Shown here in pieces: positions 9,548 through 20,635 of a DNA stretch of 64,000 bases (positions are counted from its first letter, which is position 1; every line of letters starts with the position of its first letter). The position numbers and the translations under genes were made by a program. Below the pieces are notes generated by a model, which was not told where the DNA came from, searched no databases, and saw only the letters and a program-made list of their open reading frames with translations. The stretch spans positions 160,001 through 224,000 of the forward strand of contig CM000150.2 in assembly GCA_000004695.1 (NCBI GenBank), in the 5' to 3' direction. Source of the DNA: Dictyostelium discoideum (taxonomy: Eukaryota).

Positions 9548-12500
9548 CTATAAACTCTTGGGTGTAACTTTTCTTCCTGATCTAGTTGTTTTAATTTGTA
9601 AACTAAGATCAAGTTCATCATCATCACTTGAAGTATTTTGATTTCTTGATTTTCTTTTCTTTGATTGGTTTCTTTGATTTGAGATGGAGTTTTGTTGTCT
9701 TGGAGTAATTGGTTGCAATGTTTGAGAACTTTGAACTTCTTGGGAGAGTGGAGGTGACACAATTGGCTCAACGGCTTCTGTAGTTACATTCTCTCTTTCT
9801 CTTCTTGAGTTCAATTGTTTCTTCTGCACGTTATTCCAATACTCTCTGACTAACTCTTCACAGTCTGTATCGACTTCTTTGATCCATTCAGGTTCTGGGT
9901 AACCTTTGAACTTCACTAGGTACATCTTTTTGACTTTATCGTGATTGAGAATACTTTCAACTTCGTAACTTGCTTCGTCCATCTCCTCAGGTTCCGGCAT
10001 CGATATCTCTTCTCTTAACCACTCACTGTCCTCGTATAGTTTTACGATTTGATCTTTGTTGAACACATTGTGTTTCTTTGGATAACCTACTAAATCGAGT
10101 GTTACATTATTACCATGAACGGCAGTGATTATGAATGGTCCACAATTCTTGGATTCAAGTTTGTGAGAGATTAGATCTTTTGAAAGATTAGTTTGGAAGA
10201 ATTTTCTTTTAACCATCACCTTTTCTCCGACTACGAAGATAACATCACCACGACCTCGGTTGTAATACTTTTGAGCATTGATTTGAGCATCTAGTATATT
10301 ATCACGGACAATCTTTTTGATGTTGCTCATTGGTATACGAGTCTTTGTTAATGAATTGAAATGATTAACGGGAGTTGGTGGATTGAATCCATAAACGATT
10401 TGGAATGGTGACATCTTTGTAGACTTGCTCATTGATGAGTTCATTGCAAATTCAATAAGTGGAATGATATCTGACCAATTCTCCCCATACTCTGTTGAGG
10501 CTTTAGTTAATATTCTAATAATTTCTCTATTCATTCTTTCAGTTTGACCATCAGCTTGTGCTCTGTGTGCCACAGTCATCTTGAGTTTAGAATCCATCGT
10601 CTTTGCCCATCTCTCCCATATTTCTGAAAGGAATCTTGGATCTCTATCGGAGACGATTGTTCTTGGATAACCATGGAGTCTGAACACATGATTCAACAAT
10701 AATTGAGCGGTATGTTGGGCATCTATTGTCTTATGACATGGAACTATATGAACCATTTTAGATAATCTACAAACAATGACACAAACTTGATCGACTTCAA
10801 CTGTAAATCCGTTTATTGCATACATTGTTTTTGGTAGCGATAAGAAATCGATTGATATATCTCTCCAAACTTCAAAGGGAATTTCTAAACTTTGGAGTAT
10901 ACCATTATCTTTACGGTTAATGTTCAATTGACATGTTGCACAAGACTTTATGTACCTCTTGATAATAGAAAACATTTCTTTGAAATAGTAATCTTGTCTT
11001 ATATTATTGTATGTGATATCTAAAGCGTGATGACCACTATATTTGGTATCGTGATATTCTCTAATGACGGTATGAATAGTTTCTTTATCTATGATGATTA
11101 ATTTCTTGAACCCATCTTCACTAAGGTAACAGATATCATTAATTTCTTCAATGCATAAATTTGGATTCTTTTTCATCTCTAATAGCCATTGAGAATTGAT
11201 TTGTTCTTCCTTAATTTTATTTAAAAACGATTCATCCCATTGGAAATTATCATATTTACGAGATAAAAAATCAGCTATACCATTCTTTTTACCACTTATA
11301 TGTCTTAATTCATAATCAAATTCTTTAATATATTTCATATAATTATCTTGTCTCTTTGTGAACGGTTTATCGTTTGACTTATTGATAATATATGTAAGAT
11401 TTTGGTGATCAGTGTAGATTGAAACCTTTTTACCAATTAATAAATGTTGAAACTTCTTTAGAGAATCAATGATTGAAAGGAACTCTCTATCACCTATGCT
11501 GTACCTCTTTTGAGTATCAGTAAGTTTTCTACTGTGAAACCAAATGACTTTGAATTTATTACCTTGAATTTGATATAATACACCTGATAATGCTTTATCA
11601 CTAACATCACAATACAAGTGAAAACTACCATTGTTTAGATTATTATTATCTGAATGGATTGGCATGTCTGTTGATGCTTTAACCTTTTCGATATCTATTG
11701 GTATGGAGTTATCTTGTTCAATTGGAATAGCGACAATATTTTCACCTTCAAACTCTTTCTTTAGATTATTGAATTCTTTGAGTGATTCATCAGAAAGTGT
11801 TTTCTTGTTTTTTCCTTTTGATTCTTTGGAAAGGTGATAGGTTTTTTCAGCGTAATTTTCAATGTGTCTCCTGAAGAATCCAAAAAGACCTAATGCAGCT
11901 TCAGCTTCTTTGGCGTTTCTTGGTTCAGGTAACTCAGAGATAGCTCTAACCTTTGCAGCTCTTGGAGATATACCATCTTTATGAATGTGGAAACCAAGGA
12001 AATCTACTTCAGTCTTTAACATTTCACTCTTTTCTCTTGAAATGAATAATAGGTACTTTCTACAATATAGAAGCATTCTAATTATTTCAATGAAATGTAC
12101 CATGTAGTCGAGTTTTGAATGAACCAAAAGATCATCAAAGTATTGTAATAAACTTTTGATTTTTCCAAATATTTCGACCATCAATCTGGCGAATGTGGAT
12201 GGAGAGTTGACTAAACCTTGTGGCATTCTAGTATATTCAAATTTACCAATATGTGTAATGAAAGCGGTGTACTTTGCGTGTTCTGGATTAATTAACACTT
12301 GGAAATAACCCATAATCATGTCAAACTTTGAGAAAAGCTTTGAATCTTTACATTGATTTAAAAGACTATCAACCGGAGTGAATGGATGATCGTCTCTAAC
12401 AGTGACTTTATTTAGTTGACGATAGTCGTGGACTACACACCATGAATCTCTCTTCTTTAATAACATGATTGGAGATGAGTAATTTGATTCTGATCTTTTG

Positions 12501-13828
12501 ATAATACCTAAATCTATAAATTTGATAACCATTTCTTCGACATGTCTCTTATGATCATCTGTTGAATAATAGATTTGTTTCTTTGTTGGTTCAACATCTT
12601 GATCTTTCTTTATTATGATATTATGTATGATATTACCTCTTCTGGAATTGTTAATCTGATCTGGAATATCAGGAAGTTTATCTACTATAACATCTTCGAA
12701 TGAATCATTAATGAAATCACGTACTGCTTGTATCTCTTCTTCTTCTGGATTAGTTTTAACCAGTATATCACAAAGTTGTGATGGGATGCTTTCAACAAAC
12801 TTTGTAACTTGTTCTTTGATATCTTCATCATCATCTAGTAGATTATGTGACTGTGACTGATTATCATTGGATACGGTAACATGTTTTCTTGGAGCTTTTA
12901 CATTACAATGTAATTGATTCGACTGTTGATAATTAATTTTGTATGTACTGTTATTCAACTTGATTATTTTATCTTTTTGGTTAATGATAGAGTCCTTAAG
13001 GATATCATTACCGAAAAGTACATCAATGATATCCAATTCTATAATAAAGAAGTTATGAATTTCATTGTTAACTTGTATATTGATTTGTTCAACAAACTCT
13101 TCTTTGACGTCTAGTAGCGGGAAGTTAATCTTGGCTTTCGTTTTGTGAACGTGGTTCTTCATATCTTTTGAAATCAACCTCTTATTGATTAAACTAACAT
13201 TACTTCCAGTATCGAGAATTAATTTGAATTGTTTTTCTTTGGAATGAGAGTTAATTATAATCTTGGGTTTATCCATGTTTTCTCTGTTTGGAACGATTAA
13301 ACATTTTAGAGTCGGAATGAGAGCAGTATCACTTGTACCAGTACTATGTAATAATGAGATGATTGGTTTGTTTGTTTCTTTATCGAATTTAATTGTGTAA
13401 AGCAATTCATCTTCTTCATCATTAATTAATTCTTTACTAGAATTTAATATCTTTGGACGATTGAATATGTTAACAGTATAGTTTTTATCTTGAACATTTG
13501 TTAACTCTGTTGGAGTATTAAATTCAATCTTCTGTGGTTTATACTTCATCTCTGATTCAACAGCTTTTGGAATTGGAACGGTTGTATCAGGAACTAGTTT
13601 TATACCATATGAGTCTTTGACGTATTCTTTAAGTTTGTTGATGTTTTTATGAACATCATGTTGCTGGCTTTGTTGATGTAACTGTTTAACAATGTTTTGA
13701 TTATAAAAAGAGTTAAGAGTATAAAGTGAATCTTTGTTCACTGGGTAATCATTATCCTCAAGGTGATGATATTGTGAAATTTTATAATTTTTATTTAAAA
13801 TCTTTGACTTGGACTCATCACCTTCATC
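9548..13828 (-). CDS. pol: Skipper pol, copy 2.
   Basis: 1397 aa ORF almost identical to copy 1 (a few substitutions, e.g. R to C). Confidence 0.85.
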   Translation of the reverse strand, partial: DEGDESKSKILNKNYKISQYHHLEDNDYPVNKDSLYTLNSFYNQNIVKQLHQQSQQHDVHKNINKLKEYVKDSYGIKLVPDTTVPIPKAVESEMKYKPQKIEFNTPTELTNVQDKNYTVNIFNRPKILNSSKELINDEEDELLYTIKFDKETNKPIISLLHSTGTSDTALIPTLKCLIVPNRENMDKPKIIINSHSKEKQFKLILDTGSNVSLINKRLISKDMKNHVHKTKAKINFPLLDVKEEFVEQINIQVNNEIHNFFIIELDIIDVLFGNDILKDSIINQKDKIIKLNNSTYKINYQQSNQLHCNVKAPRKHVTVSNDNQSQSHNLLDDDEDIKEQVTKFVESIPSQLCDILVKTNPEEEEIQAVRDFINDSFEDVIVDKLPDIPDQINNSRRGNIIHNIIIKKDQDVEPTKKQIYYSTDDHKRHVEEMVIKFIDLGIIKRSESNYSSPIMLLKKRDSWCVVHDYRQLNKVTVRDDHPFTPVDSLLNQCKDSKLFSKFDMIMGYFQVLINPEHAKYTAFITHIGKFEYTRMPQGLVNSPSTFARLMVEIFGKIKSLLQYFDDLLVHSKLDYMVHFIEIIRMLLYCRKYLLFISREKSEMLKTEVDFLGFHIHKDGISPRAAKVRAISELPEPRNAKEAEAALGLFGFFRRHIENYAEKTYHLSKESKGKNKKTLSDESLKEFNNLKKEFEGENIVAIPIEQDNSIPIDIEKVKASTDMPIHSDNNNLNNGSFHLYCDVSDKALSGVLYQIQGNKFKVIWFHSRKLTDTQKRYSIGDREFLSIIDSLKKFQHLLIGKKVSIYTDHQNLTYIINKSNDKPFTKRQDNYMKYIKEFDYELRHISGKKNGIADFLSRKYDNFQWDESFLNKIKEEQINSQWLLEMKKNPNLCIEEINDICYLSEDGFKKLIIIDKETIHTVIREYHDTKYSGHHALDITYNNIRQDYYFKEMFSIIKRYIKSCATCQLNINRKDNGILQSLEIPFEVWRDISIDFLSLPKTMYAINGFTVEVDQVCVIVCRLSKMVHIVPCHKTIDAQHTAQLLLNHVFRLHGYPRTIVSDRDPRFLSEIWERWAKTMDSKLKMTVAHRAQADGQTERMNREIIRILTKASTEYGENWSDIIPLIEFAMNSSMSKSTKMSPFQIVYGFNPPTPVNHFNSLTKTRIPMSNIKKIVRDNILDAQINAQKYYNRGRGDVIFVVGEKVMVKRKFFQTNLSKDLISHKLESKNCGPFIITAVHGNNVTLDLVGYPKKHNVFNKDQIVKLYEDSEWLREEISMPEPEEMDEASYEVESILNHDKVKKMYLVKFKGYPEPEWIKEVDTDCEELVREYWNNVQKKQLNSRRERENVTTEAVEPIVSPPLSQEVQSSQTLQPITPRQQNSISNQRNQSKKRKSRNQNTSSDDDELDLSLQIKTTRSGRKVTPKSL

Positions 13829-13831
13829 GAG

Positions 13832-14493
13832 TCATTGTTGCTTTTTGGCTGATGGACCTGGATTGGCTTTGGCATCGACCGGATCAATTCTACATGTAGA
13901 TGTGGAGTGATTTGATTTACCACAATTGAGACAGTAGCCTTTGTTTTGACGGTAAACGATGAAACTGCTTCTTATCTTTTTGAGGTCTACCTTAGAGTCT
14001 TTTCTTATTTCGGGTAATATTGCAGCTCTAATCTTATCAGCTTGAGCATCAAAGGAATTCCTGTTATGAGAGTTATGATTTGGAGTAGCATGATTCTTTT
14101 TTAATAGAAACTTCTCATCAGTATTCGATGCAGAATCGGAAGGTCTTCTTCTCGAGAACTTATCAGCATTGTTAAGAACCAACTCGGTGATGGCTTCACG
14201 ACACTCGGTGATATCGGTTTGAGTGTTGAGTTTGATTGCAACATCAGTTTGTAACCAGTCTGGTACGACCATCTTTAACAAAGCAAGGATATTATTATCT
14301 AAAATTGATCTTAGATACTCTAATTGAACTTCAGCAGTACCATGGATGAGATACACCGGATTAATTACATTGTGGTAACTCATAATGGCTTCGATGTTTT
14401 TTATAACATCTTGGGCTGAGTAGCAGTTACGATGGTTAATAGCTTCGACTACTTTAGTGTTGGCAGCTTCGTAGTCAGTTTTGAATGGAACCA
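13832..14493 (-). CDS. gag: Skipper gag, copy 2, N-terminally truncated by an assembly gap.
   Basis: The C-terminal 220 aa are identical to gag copy 1. The ORF runs into the N run. Confidence 0.7.
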
Positions 14494-14593
14494 NNNNNNN
14501 NNNNNNNNNNNNNNNNNNNNNNNNNNNNNNNNNNNNNNNNNNNNNNNNNNNNNNNNNNNNNNNNNNNNNNNNNNNNNNNNNNNNNNNNNNNNN
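14494..14593. other. Assembly gap (100 N).
   Basis: Run of N characters. Skipper gag lies on one side and DIRS-1 ORF1 on the other. Confidence 0.99.
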
Positions 14594-15476
14594 TGGCATT
14601 ACTATTGCTACTGTTTCCTGTAGTGTTATTACCACTTGAGTTAACTGATTTCTTGACATTGGACTTGGAATGATAATTCAATTTTAACAATGATTGTTTA
14701 GCTTCGTTGTTCTTTCTGATTGACTTGGCTAGCTTTCTTACACGTTCAGTTTCAGTTTCATCAAACATCTTTGGTGTATCCTTGATCTTAATTGGTAAGA
14801 GTACTTCAGAACCATAGATTTCTTTAGCGATGTTGTTACGACGGACACGACTAAGCGATGCTTGAGCATTAACGGCTAAGACGATTGCACTCTGAGTTAA
14901 ATAACTAATAAGTTCTACATCGACATTAGAGCTATCAGATGATAACATACTTGACATGAGAAGCAAAGGTTTTAAGCTATCGTTGATTCGCTTTTCGACA
15001 ATCAACAAGTCAGTATCATTGTTCTTGACGTTGGATGATACAGAAATACCTTCAGGTGTACCGAATGGAGCGACATTCACTTGGATGTGAGATGGAAAGT
15101 TGAATACTTTATTCAATGCGGATATCTTATCTTTCTTGAGTACATTCTTCGACAAGTGAAAACCTATTGTTTACCATATGTTTGTACTGACCAAGTAAAG
15201 TATCGGATAATTGATAATCGGTTGGAACATCGACATTGTTACTTGATTCATCTTCACTTTGTTCATTCTCGGTGTCAGAGTTATCATGAGAAGGTTGGCT
15301 ACGTGAATTGGTATTATATGAGAACATAGGTTCTTTCATGAATCTAGTAAAGGCTAAGGAAAGGTTGTTGATTTGATCCTCCATTGATTTCATTCTTAAA
15401 TCAAAGGATTCAGCGCTATTAAAGGCAGAGGTATTGCTACTAAAGGCTTCATATTATTATTATCAGTGGTAGACAT
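14594..15476 (-). pseudogene. DIRS-1 ORF1 (gag-like) carrying a frameshift. Its 3' end runs into the gap.
   Basis: The ATG at 15476 opens MSTT(D)NNN...MKSMEDQINNLSLAFTRFMKEP...HMVNN, then a frame break near 15160, then VAPFGTPEGISVSSNVKNNDTDLLIVEKR... This is homologous to the ORF1 copies at 18462 and 24608. Confidence 0.7.
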
Positions 15477-15918
15477 ATTTTATTGTTGATATCTAAAATT
15501 ATAATATGAGAAAAATAATAATATTAAAAATTTATAAAGAGAAATAATTATTTGTATAAAATTTGTGTGTGTGTGTATCTTAAATATATATAGGAGGAAT
15601 TCCCAAATAAAAATTGTTTTTAGTTTTTAGTGCTACTATTTATACGTTTTTATTTTCTTAAAAATTTCGCAAAACTCAAAAAAATAAGAGTTTTCGACCC
15701 TTCACAACTTTGTGCATAGTGTCGGTTCGGAATTTTTCAGTTTTTCGACCTTGCGCAATGATCGCGTCATTGTGCCGGTTCGAAATTTTTACTTTTCTTT
15801 CGAAAATTTTTTATTCTTCGAATGTTCTAGAACATTCTAAAAAATTATCTTAAATATTTGGGAAATTCAAATAAATAAATGTTATTCATAATATATATAT
15901 ATATATGATAATATAAAA
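15477..15918 (-). repeat. DIRS-1 left inverted terminal repeat (copy A).
   Basis: About 97% identical to 18011-18461 and 24156-24607, including the conserved gggtcgaaaa.../ttttcgacc heat-shock-element-like block and the outer end ttatattatcat. Confidence 0.8.
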
Positions 15919-17455
15919 GACTGATCAATACCCATCACTAATTTACCATTAGGGCAGGGGATCTCACGGATACTAGATTGCGCAAAACTTCCCGTATTCT
16001 CATCAATAAGAAGATATGTGGTGATTGTATCCACAGTGGGGGCTGGGATGGTCCCAATGCCGTGTTCCAGGCCTGATAAAACTTATCAGAATTAGAACCG
16101 CCATCTTGCACAACTATCGCTGGTGTTAATGTAGCAGCCGCAACAAACAACCCTTGATCAAATTTTAATCTATTTCCTGCCTTCGCACTAATACGCACAT
16201 CTCAACTATCGGAAGCAGGACCCGCCATCATATTTAAAATGATAGGTGTGCCGCCATCTTCCATGTACGCTATGAGTGTTGCGTTCTGAATTGTAGGACC
16301 TAGTGCACCATTACCGTAAGCTTGAATGAACTGGCCCTTAGGGGTAGGAATACCGTTATCGCGCCTGGAGCTGATAATATTTCGTTGTCCGTAACATCCT
16401 GTTTCGTGTAAGCCGTGTGAGTAGCCACTGATACTTTGGGTGCTGTAAAGACGTCTTTCACAATGTCATTAATCTCTGCAGCGGTCACAACACCGCCCTG
16501 GATAACTTCCTCTATGTCTGGTAATCCTCCGTTACCACCACCACCGCCCGCTAATGCGATTATATCGCCTAACGTTGCTTTCCTTAAGGCTAATCGTCCA
16601 TCTTCATTTAGTTGGGAAATCGCAACAATCTCCTGACCCGTTATAGTTTGAGCTGCTGGTAATGTAGAAAATTTAACAGCCATAATAACGCTCCATAATT
16701 CAACCGATTTAAATGCTAAAATATCAATATATTGCAATGGTCAAAGCATGGGGTTTTATAGGAGCCCTACTAGACTCTCTCGTTTAAACTTTATACACTA
16801 CTTATTATTATTGATTTAAAAATGAGTGCAGGACTCATTAAGGCTTGCACAGGGAATTGAACCCCAATCCACGTTATCGTTGGTGGCTCTAGGCCGCTGT
16901 GAGCTACATACATTCTGTCAGAAAGGTAACCTACGTCCCTCCAACTTTAACGCACTCTATTGTTGAGCTATACAAGCATAACATAAATGACCCAGCCTCG
17001 CAGTATTTATTACATTCGCAGCGGCGATGCACGCCTAACCACACAGTTTATGAACCCACTAGATTATCAGATCCCGACTGGAAGTTTTGTCACGAACTCT
17101 ATTGTAGGGTAATTAATCCTACGGTCAAGCCGTCTACCAATTAGTTAAGTACCTAGTAAATGTTCAACGATTAAGACATCATCCTCTGGACTCAGTCCGT
17201 ATCTGTTCTTTGCGTGTCTGGCTATTACTGGCTTATTTGTTTGCAGTGGGTCTTTGCTATCATCGCTGAGACTTGGATGATAAAAATACCAACCAAGTCT
17301 TGTTCACCGCTCCACGTATAAGGGGAAAATATTGTCTCCTCAAGACAGCCCGAAGGTAGTCGGTGGCTAACCACAGCCCAACTCACCTTTTGCTCAGGAT
17401 TTACCCTAAAAGGCTATTAACTTTATAACCTCATCTTTGAGTGCGATTAGCTTTC
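15919..17455. other. GC-rich (about 48-50% GC) segment of bacterial or phage-like composition, sitting between a DIRS-1 ITR terminus and a DIRS-1 RT fragment.
   Basis: Abrupt compositional shift. The ORFs 16300..16737(-) and 15938..16198(-) use enterobacterial-style codons (CTG, GCG, CGT) and carry a G-rich GGGGGNGG tract. A tRNA T-arm-like motif gggttcaattccc sits near 16835-16870. Confidence 0.5.
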
Positions 17456-18010
17456 CTTTTAAACCAGCAAGCTTTCTTGGGGAGCAACAATCTAGTTTTA
17501 AAAGTTTCTTATTTCCTTGATGACACTTTTCTTCTTTTCTTTGGGAACAAGAAGCTTCATTGATTTTGAATCGATTTGTAATCCGAGAAATGTAATTGAT
17601 TGAGTTGGTTCAAGAACAATCTTTTCTAGATTCAGCTTGAAACCTAGTTTGACAAGTAAGTCCATTGTCTTTTTGAGGTTGGATAAACATTCTTCTTTTG
17701 TTGAACCGACGATTAATAGATCGTCCAAGTAAGCGATTACGGACACGTTGATATCTCTCAACATTCGAAGTACATGTCTTAACAACATTGTAAAGATACG
17801 AGGAGCTGTCGATAACCCGAACGGCATTGTTTTCCAACGGTAGTGCGAACCTTTCCACACGAAGCGGAATAAGTCTCTGTATTGCGGATCTACTAAAACG
17901 TGGAGGTAGGCTTTCTTGATATCGAGTTTTACCATGTAATAACCTTGTTTGACCATTGACGGTAGATTCTTGATTCCTTCCATCTTGAATGATTGGTTGT
18001 TGATGTAAGT
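17456..18010 (-). mobile_element. DIRS-1 internal fragment (start of ORF2: RT with YLDD).
   Basis: ORF 17498..17983(-) reads MEGIKNLPSMVKQGYYMVKLD...IAYLDDLLIVG. Homology to DIRS copy C breaks at about 17455. Confidence 0.75.
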
Positions 18011-18461
18011 GTTTATTTATATTATCATATATATATATATTATGAATAACATTTATTTATTTGAATTTCCCAAATATTTAAGATAATTTTTTAGAATGTT
18101 CTAGAACATTTGAAGAATAAAAAATTTTCAAAAGAAAAGTAAAAATTTCGAACAGGCACAATGACGAGATAATTGCGCAAGGTCGAAAAACATAAAAATA
18201 CCGAACCGACACAATGCACAAATTTGTGAAGGGTCGAAAACACTTATTTTTTTGAGTTTTGCGAAATTTTTAAGAAAATAAAAACGTATAAATAGTAGCA
18301 CTAAAAACTAAAACAATTTGATTTATTTTATTTGGGAATTCCTCCTATATATATTTAAGATATACACACACACAAATTTTATACAAATAATTATTTCTCT
18401 TTATTAATTTTTAATATTATTATTTTTCTCATATTATAATTTTAGATATCAAAAATAAAAT
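18011..18461 (+). repeat. DIRS-1 left ITR (copy B).
   Basis: Matches the other ITR copies and is directly followed by the ORF1 ATG at 18462. Confidence 0.8.
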
Positions 18462-18929
18462 ATGTCTACAACTGTTAATAATAATTATACCTCTAGTAGT
18501 AGTACCTCTGCCTCTAATAGCGCTGAATCCTTTGATTTAAGAATGAAATCAATGGAGGATCAAATCAACAACCTTTCTTTAGACTTTACAAGATTCATGA
18601 AAGAACCTATGTTCTCATCTAATACCAATTCACGTAGCCAACCTTCTCATGATGATTCTGACACTGAGAATGAACAAAGTGAAGATGAATCAAGTAACAA
18701 TGTCGATGTTCCAACCGATTATAAATTATCCGATACCTTACTTGGTCAGTACAAACATATGGTAAACAATCAAGGTTTACTCGTCGAAGAAGAATGTATC
18801 CTCAAGAAAGATGAGATATCCGAATTGAATAAAGTATTCAACTTTCCATCCAACTTCCAAGTCAACGTCGCTCCATTCGGTACACCTGAAGGTATTACTG
18901 TATCATCCAACGTCAAGAACAATGATTAA
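18462..18929 (+). CDS. DIRS-1 ORF1 (gag-like), copy B. The element is truncated after it.
   Basis: 155 aa reading MSTTVNNN...VAPFGTPEGITVSSNVKNND. Unrelated AT-rich DNA follows 18930. Confidence 0.7.
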   Translation: MSTTVNNNYTSSSSTSASNSAESFDLRMKSMEDQINNLSLDFTRFMKEPMFSSNTNSRSQPSHDDSDTENEQSEDESSNNVDVPTDYKLSDTLLGQYKHMVNNQGLLVEEECILKKDEISELNKVFNFPSNFQVNVAPFGTPEGITVSSNVKNND

Positions 18930-19574
18930 TGTAAAAAAATAAAAAAAAATAATAAAAAAAATGAAACCATAAAACATAAATAAAATGATATGTTTTATTT
19001 TTTAATTTAATTTTGTATAAATATTTGTGAATACAATGAGAAATAATATACCGGGTTACACTGAATTATATAAATAATAACATAATCTTTCTGAAAAACT
19101 TATTAATTTTTTTTTTTTTTTTTTTTTATTTTTTTATTTTTTTTTTTTTTAGTAATTGTTGACTAAAACCTATAAATATTTTCATTTATGTAACTACTGT
19201 ATTCTAAACTTAACTATAATTATATATTTGATATGTGTTTATTAATAATTTACCATTATAAATTGTAAAATAATTTTTAATTTTTTTTTTTTTTACCTTT
19301 TTTTTTATCTTTAATTTTTTTTTATCTTTTTTTTTTAACCTTTTTTTTTTATCTTTTTTTAACCTTTTTTTTATCTTTTTTTTTTTTTTTCTAAAATATT
19401 ATTGCTACATTTGTTGTTAAAAAAAAATAGGAATTTTATTTTTTTTTTATATTTTTTTTCATCACACATTCACAAACATGCTTTATTTTTTAAAAAAAAA
19501 ATATTTAAATTAAAAAAACATGCTTTATTTTTTTTTACAAAAATAAATTTTTTTTTTTTTATTTTTTTTTTTAA

Positions 19575-20290
19575 ACCTATAAACACAGCAAAGAAAAATG
19601 CACCTTTAAAGCAAATTTAAAGTAAAGTTGATTTAAATTGGATTTAAATTGAATTTAAAGCCGCGTTTAAAAAATTCATTTTTAAGGTAATTTTTAAGGT
19701 AATTTTTAAGATATTTAAAAATGCCTTTAAAATTTGCTTAAAAATTTATTTTAAAGGTAATTTTAAAGGTGATTTTTAAGGTAATTTTTAAAATGATTTT
19801 TAAGATATTTAAAAATACCTTTAAAATTTATTTTAAATTAATTTTAAATAGGATTTAAAGTAGATTTAAAGTAGATTTAAAGTGAATTTAAATTTCCTTA
19901 ATATATAAATTTAAGGTTTTTAATAAAAAAGATCTAATTATAGATAAAAAAAATGGGGATAAAATATTCTATCATTTTTAAATTTTCATCAAAGCAATCA
20001 AATGGTCGGGGGATCGAATCCCTTTTGGTAATTTTTGAAAAAATTAAAAAAAAAAAATTTAAAAAATTTATCCGTTAAATAACGGCTTCGAACTCAGGAC
20101 CTCGCTTTTAAAGCGATTAAAAAGGTAATTTTAAAGGTAATTTTAAAGGTAATTTTAAAGGTGATTTTAAAGTAACCTTAAAAATTACCTTTCAAATTAC
20201 CTTTAAAATTGCTTTAATTCAGGACTTTAAAGCAAATTTAAATTTAATTTAAAGCGAATTTAAAGGTGGTTTTTTCTTTGCTGTGAAATA
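19575..20290. mobile_element. Non-autonomous MITE-like derivative of the CACTA-like element (about 716 bp). Termini are CACAGCAAAGAAAAATGCACCTTTAAAGCAAATTTAAA and its reverse complement; subterminal repeats are present, and an internal tRNA-like module is deletion-bearing.
   Basis: Perfect terminal inverted repeat seen directly (19575 cacagcaaag ... 20290 ctttgctgtg), flanked by AAA/AAA. Partial copies occur at 20636-21191, 32762-33135, 35500-35920 and 37640-37920. Confidence 0.65.
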
Positions 20291-20635
20291 TTTTGCTTTT
20301 TTTTTTTTTTTTTTTTTTTTATTATTTTTTTTTACCAACACATAACGACTCTTCCTTACTTATAATATATAAGCAAATAACATTAAAAAAATTGTTAAAT
20401 TATTTACATAACTTTTACGTAAAAACGAACGGATTTTTATTTTTATTTTTATTTTTTTTCAATTTTTTTTTTTTTTGTTTCGGTTATTATTTTTCAGACT
20501 TAAATTATTATTTATAAATTAAATATAAAAAATAATATTGCATCATCTGGAAATGGTAATTATTTAAATTGATATTATCCAACTTCGCTTATTTTAAATA
20601 AAAATGAAACTGCACTAAATCAAAACTGGTAAGGT

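Noticed and set aside
15919-17455. Interpreting the GC-rich segments as rRNA or mitochondrial DNA.
   Set aside because: I see no rRNA-like conserved blocks, and the ORFs are protein-like with bacterial codon bias. Dictyostelium mitochondrial DNA is AT-rich, unlike these segments.
19402-20517. ORFs 19402..19620 and 20293..20517.
   Set aside because: They are translations of poly-T or poly-A tracts (FFFF, KKKK) with no coding signature.
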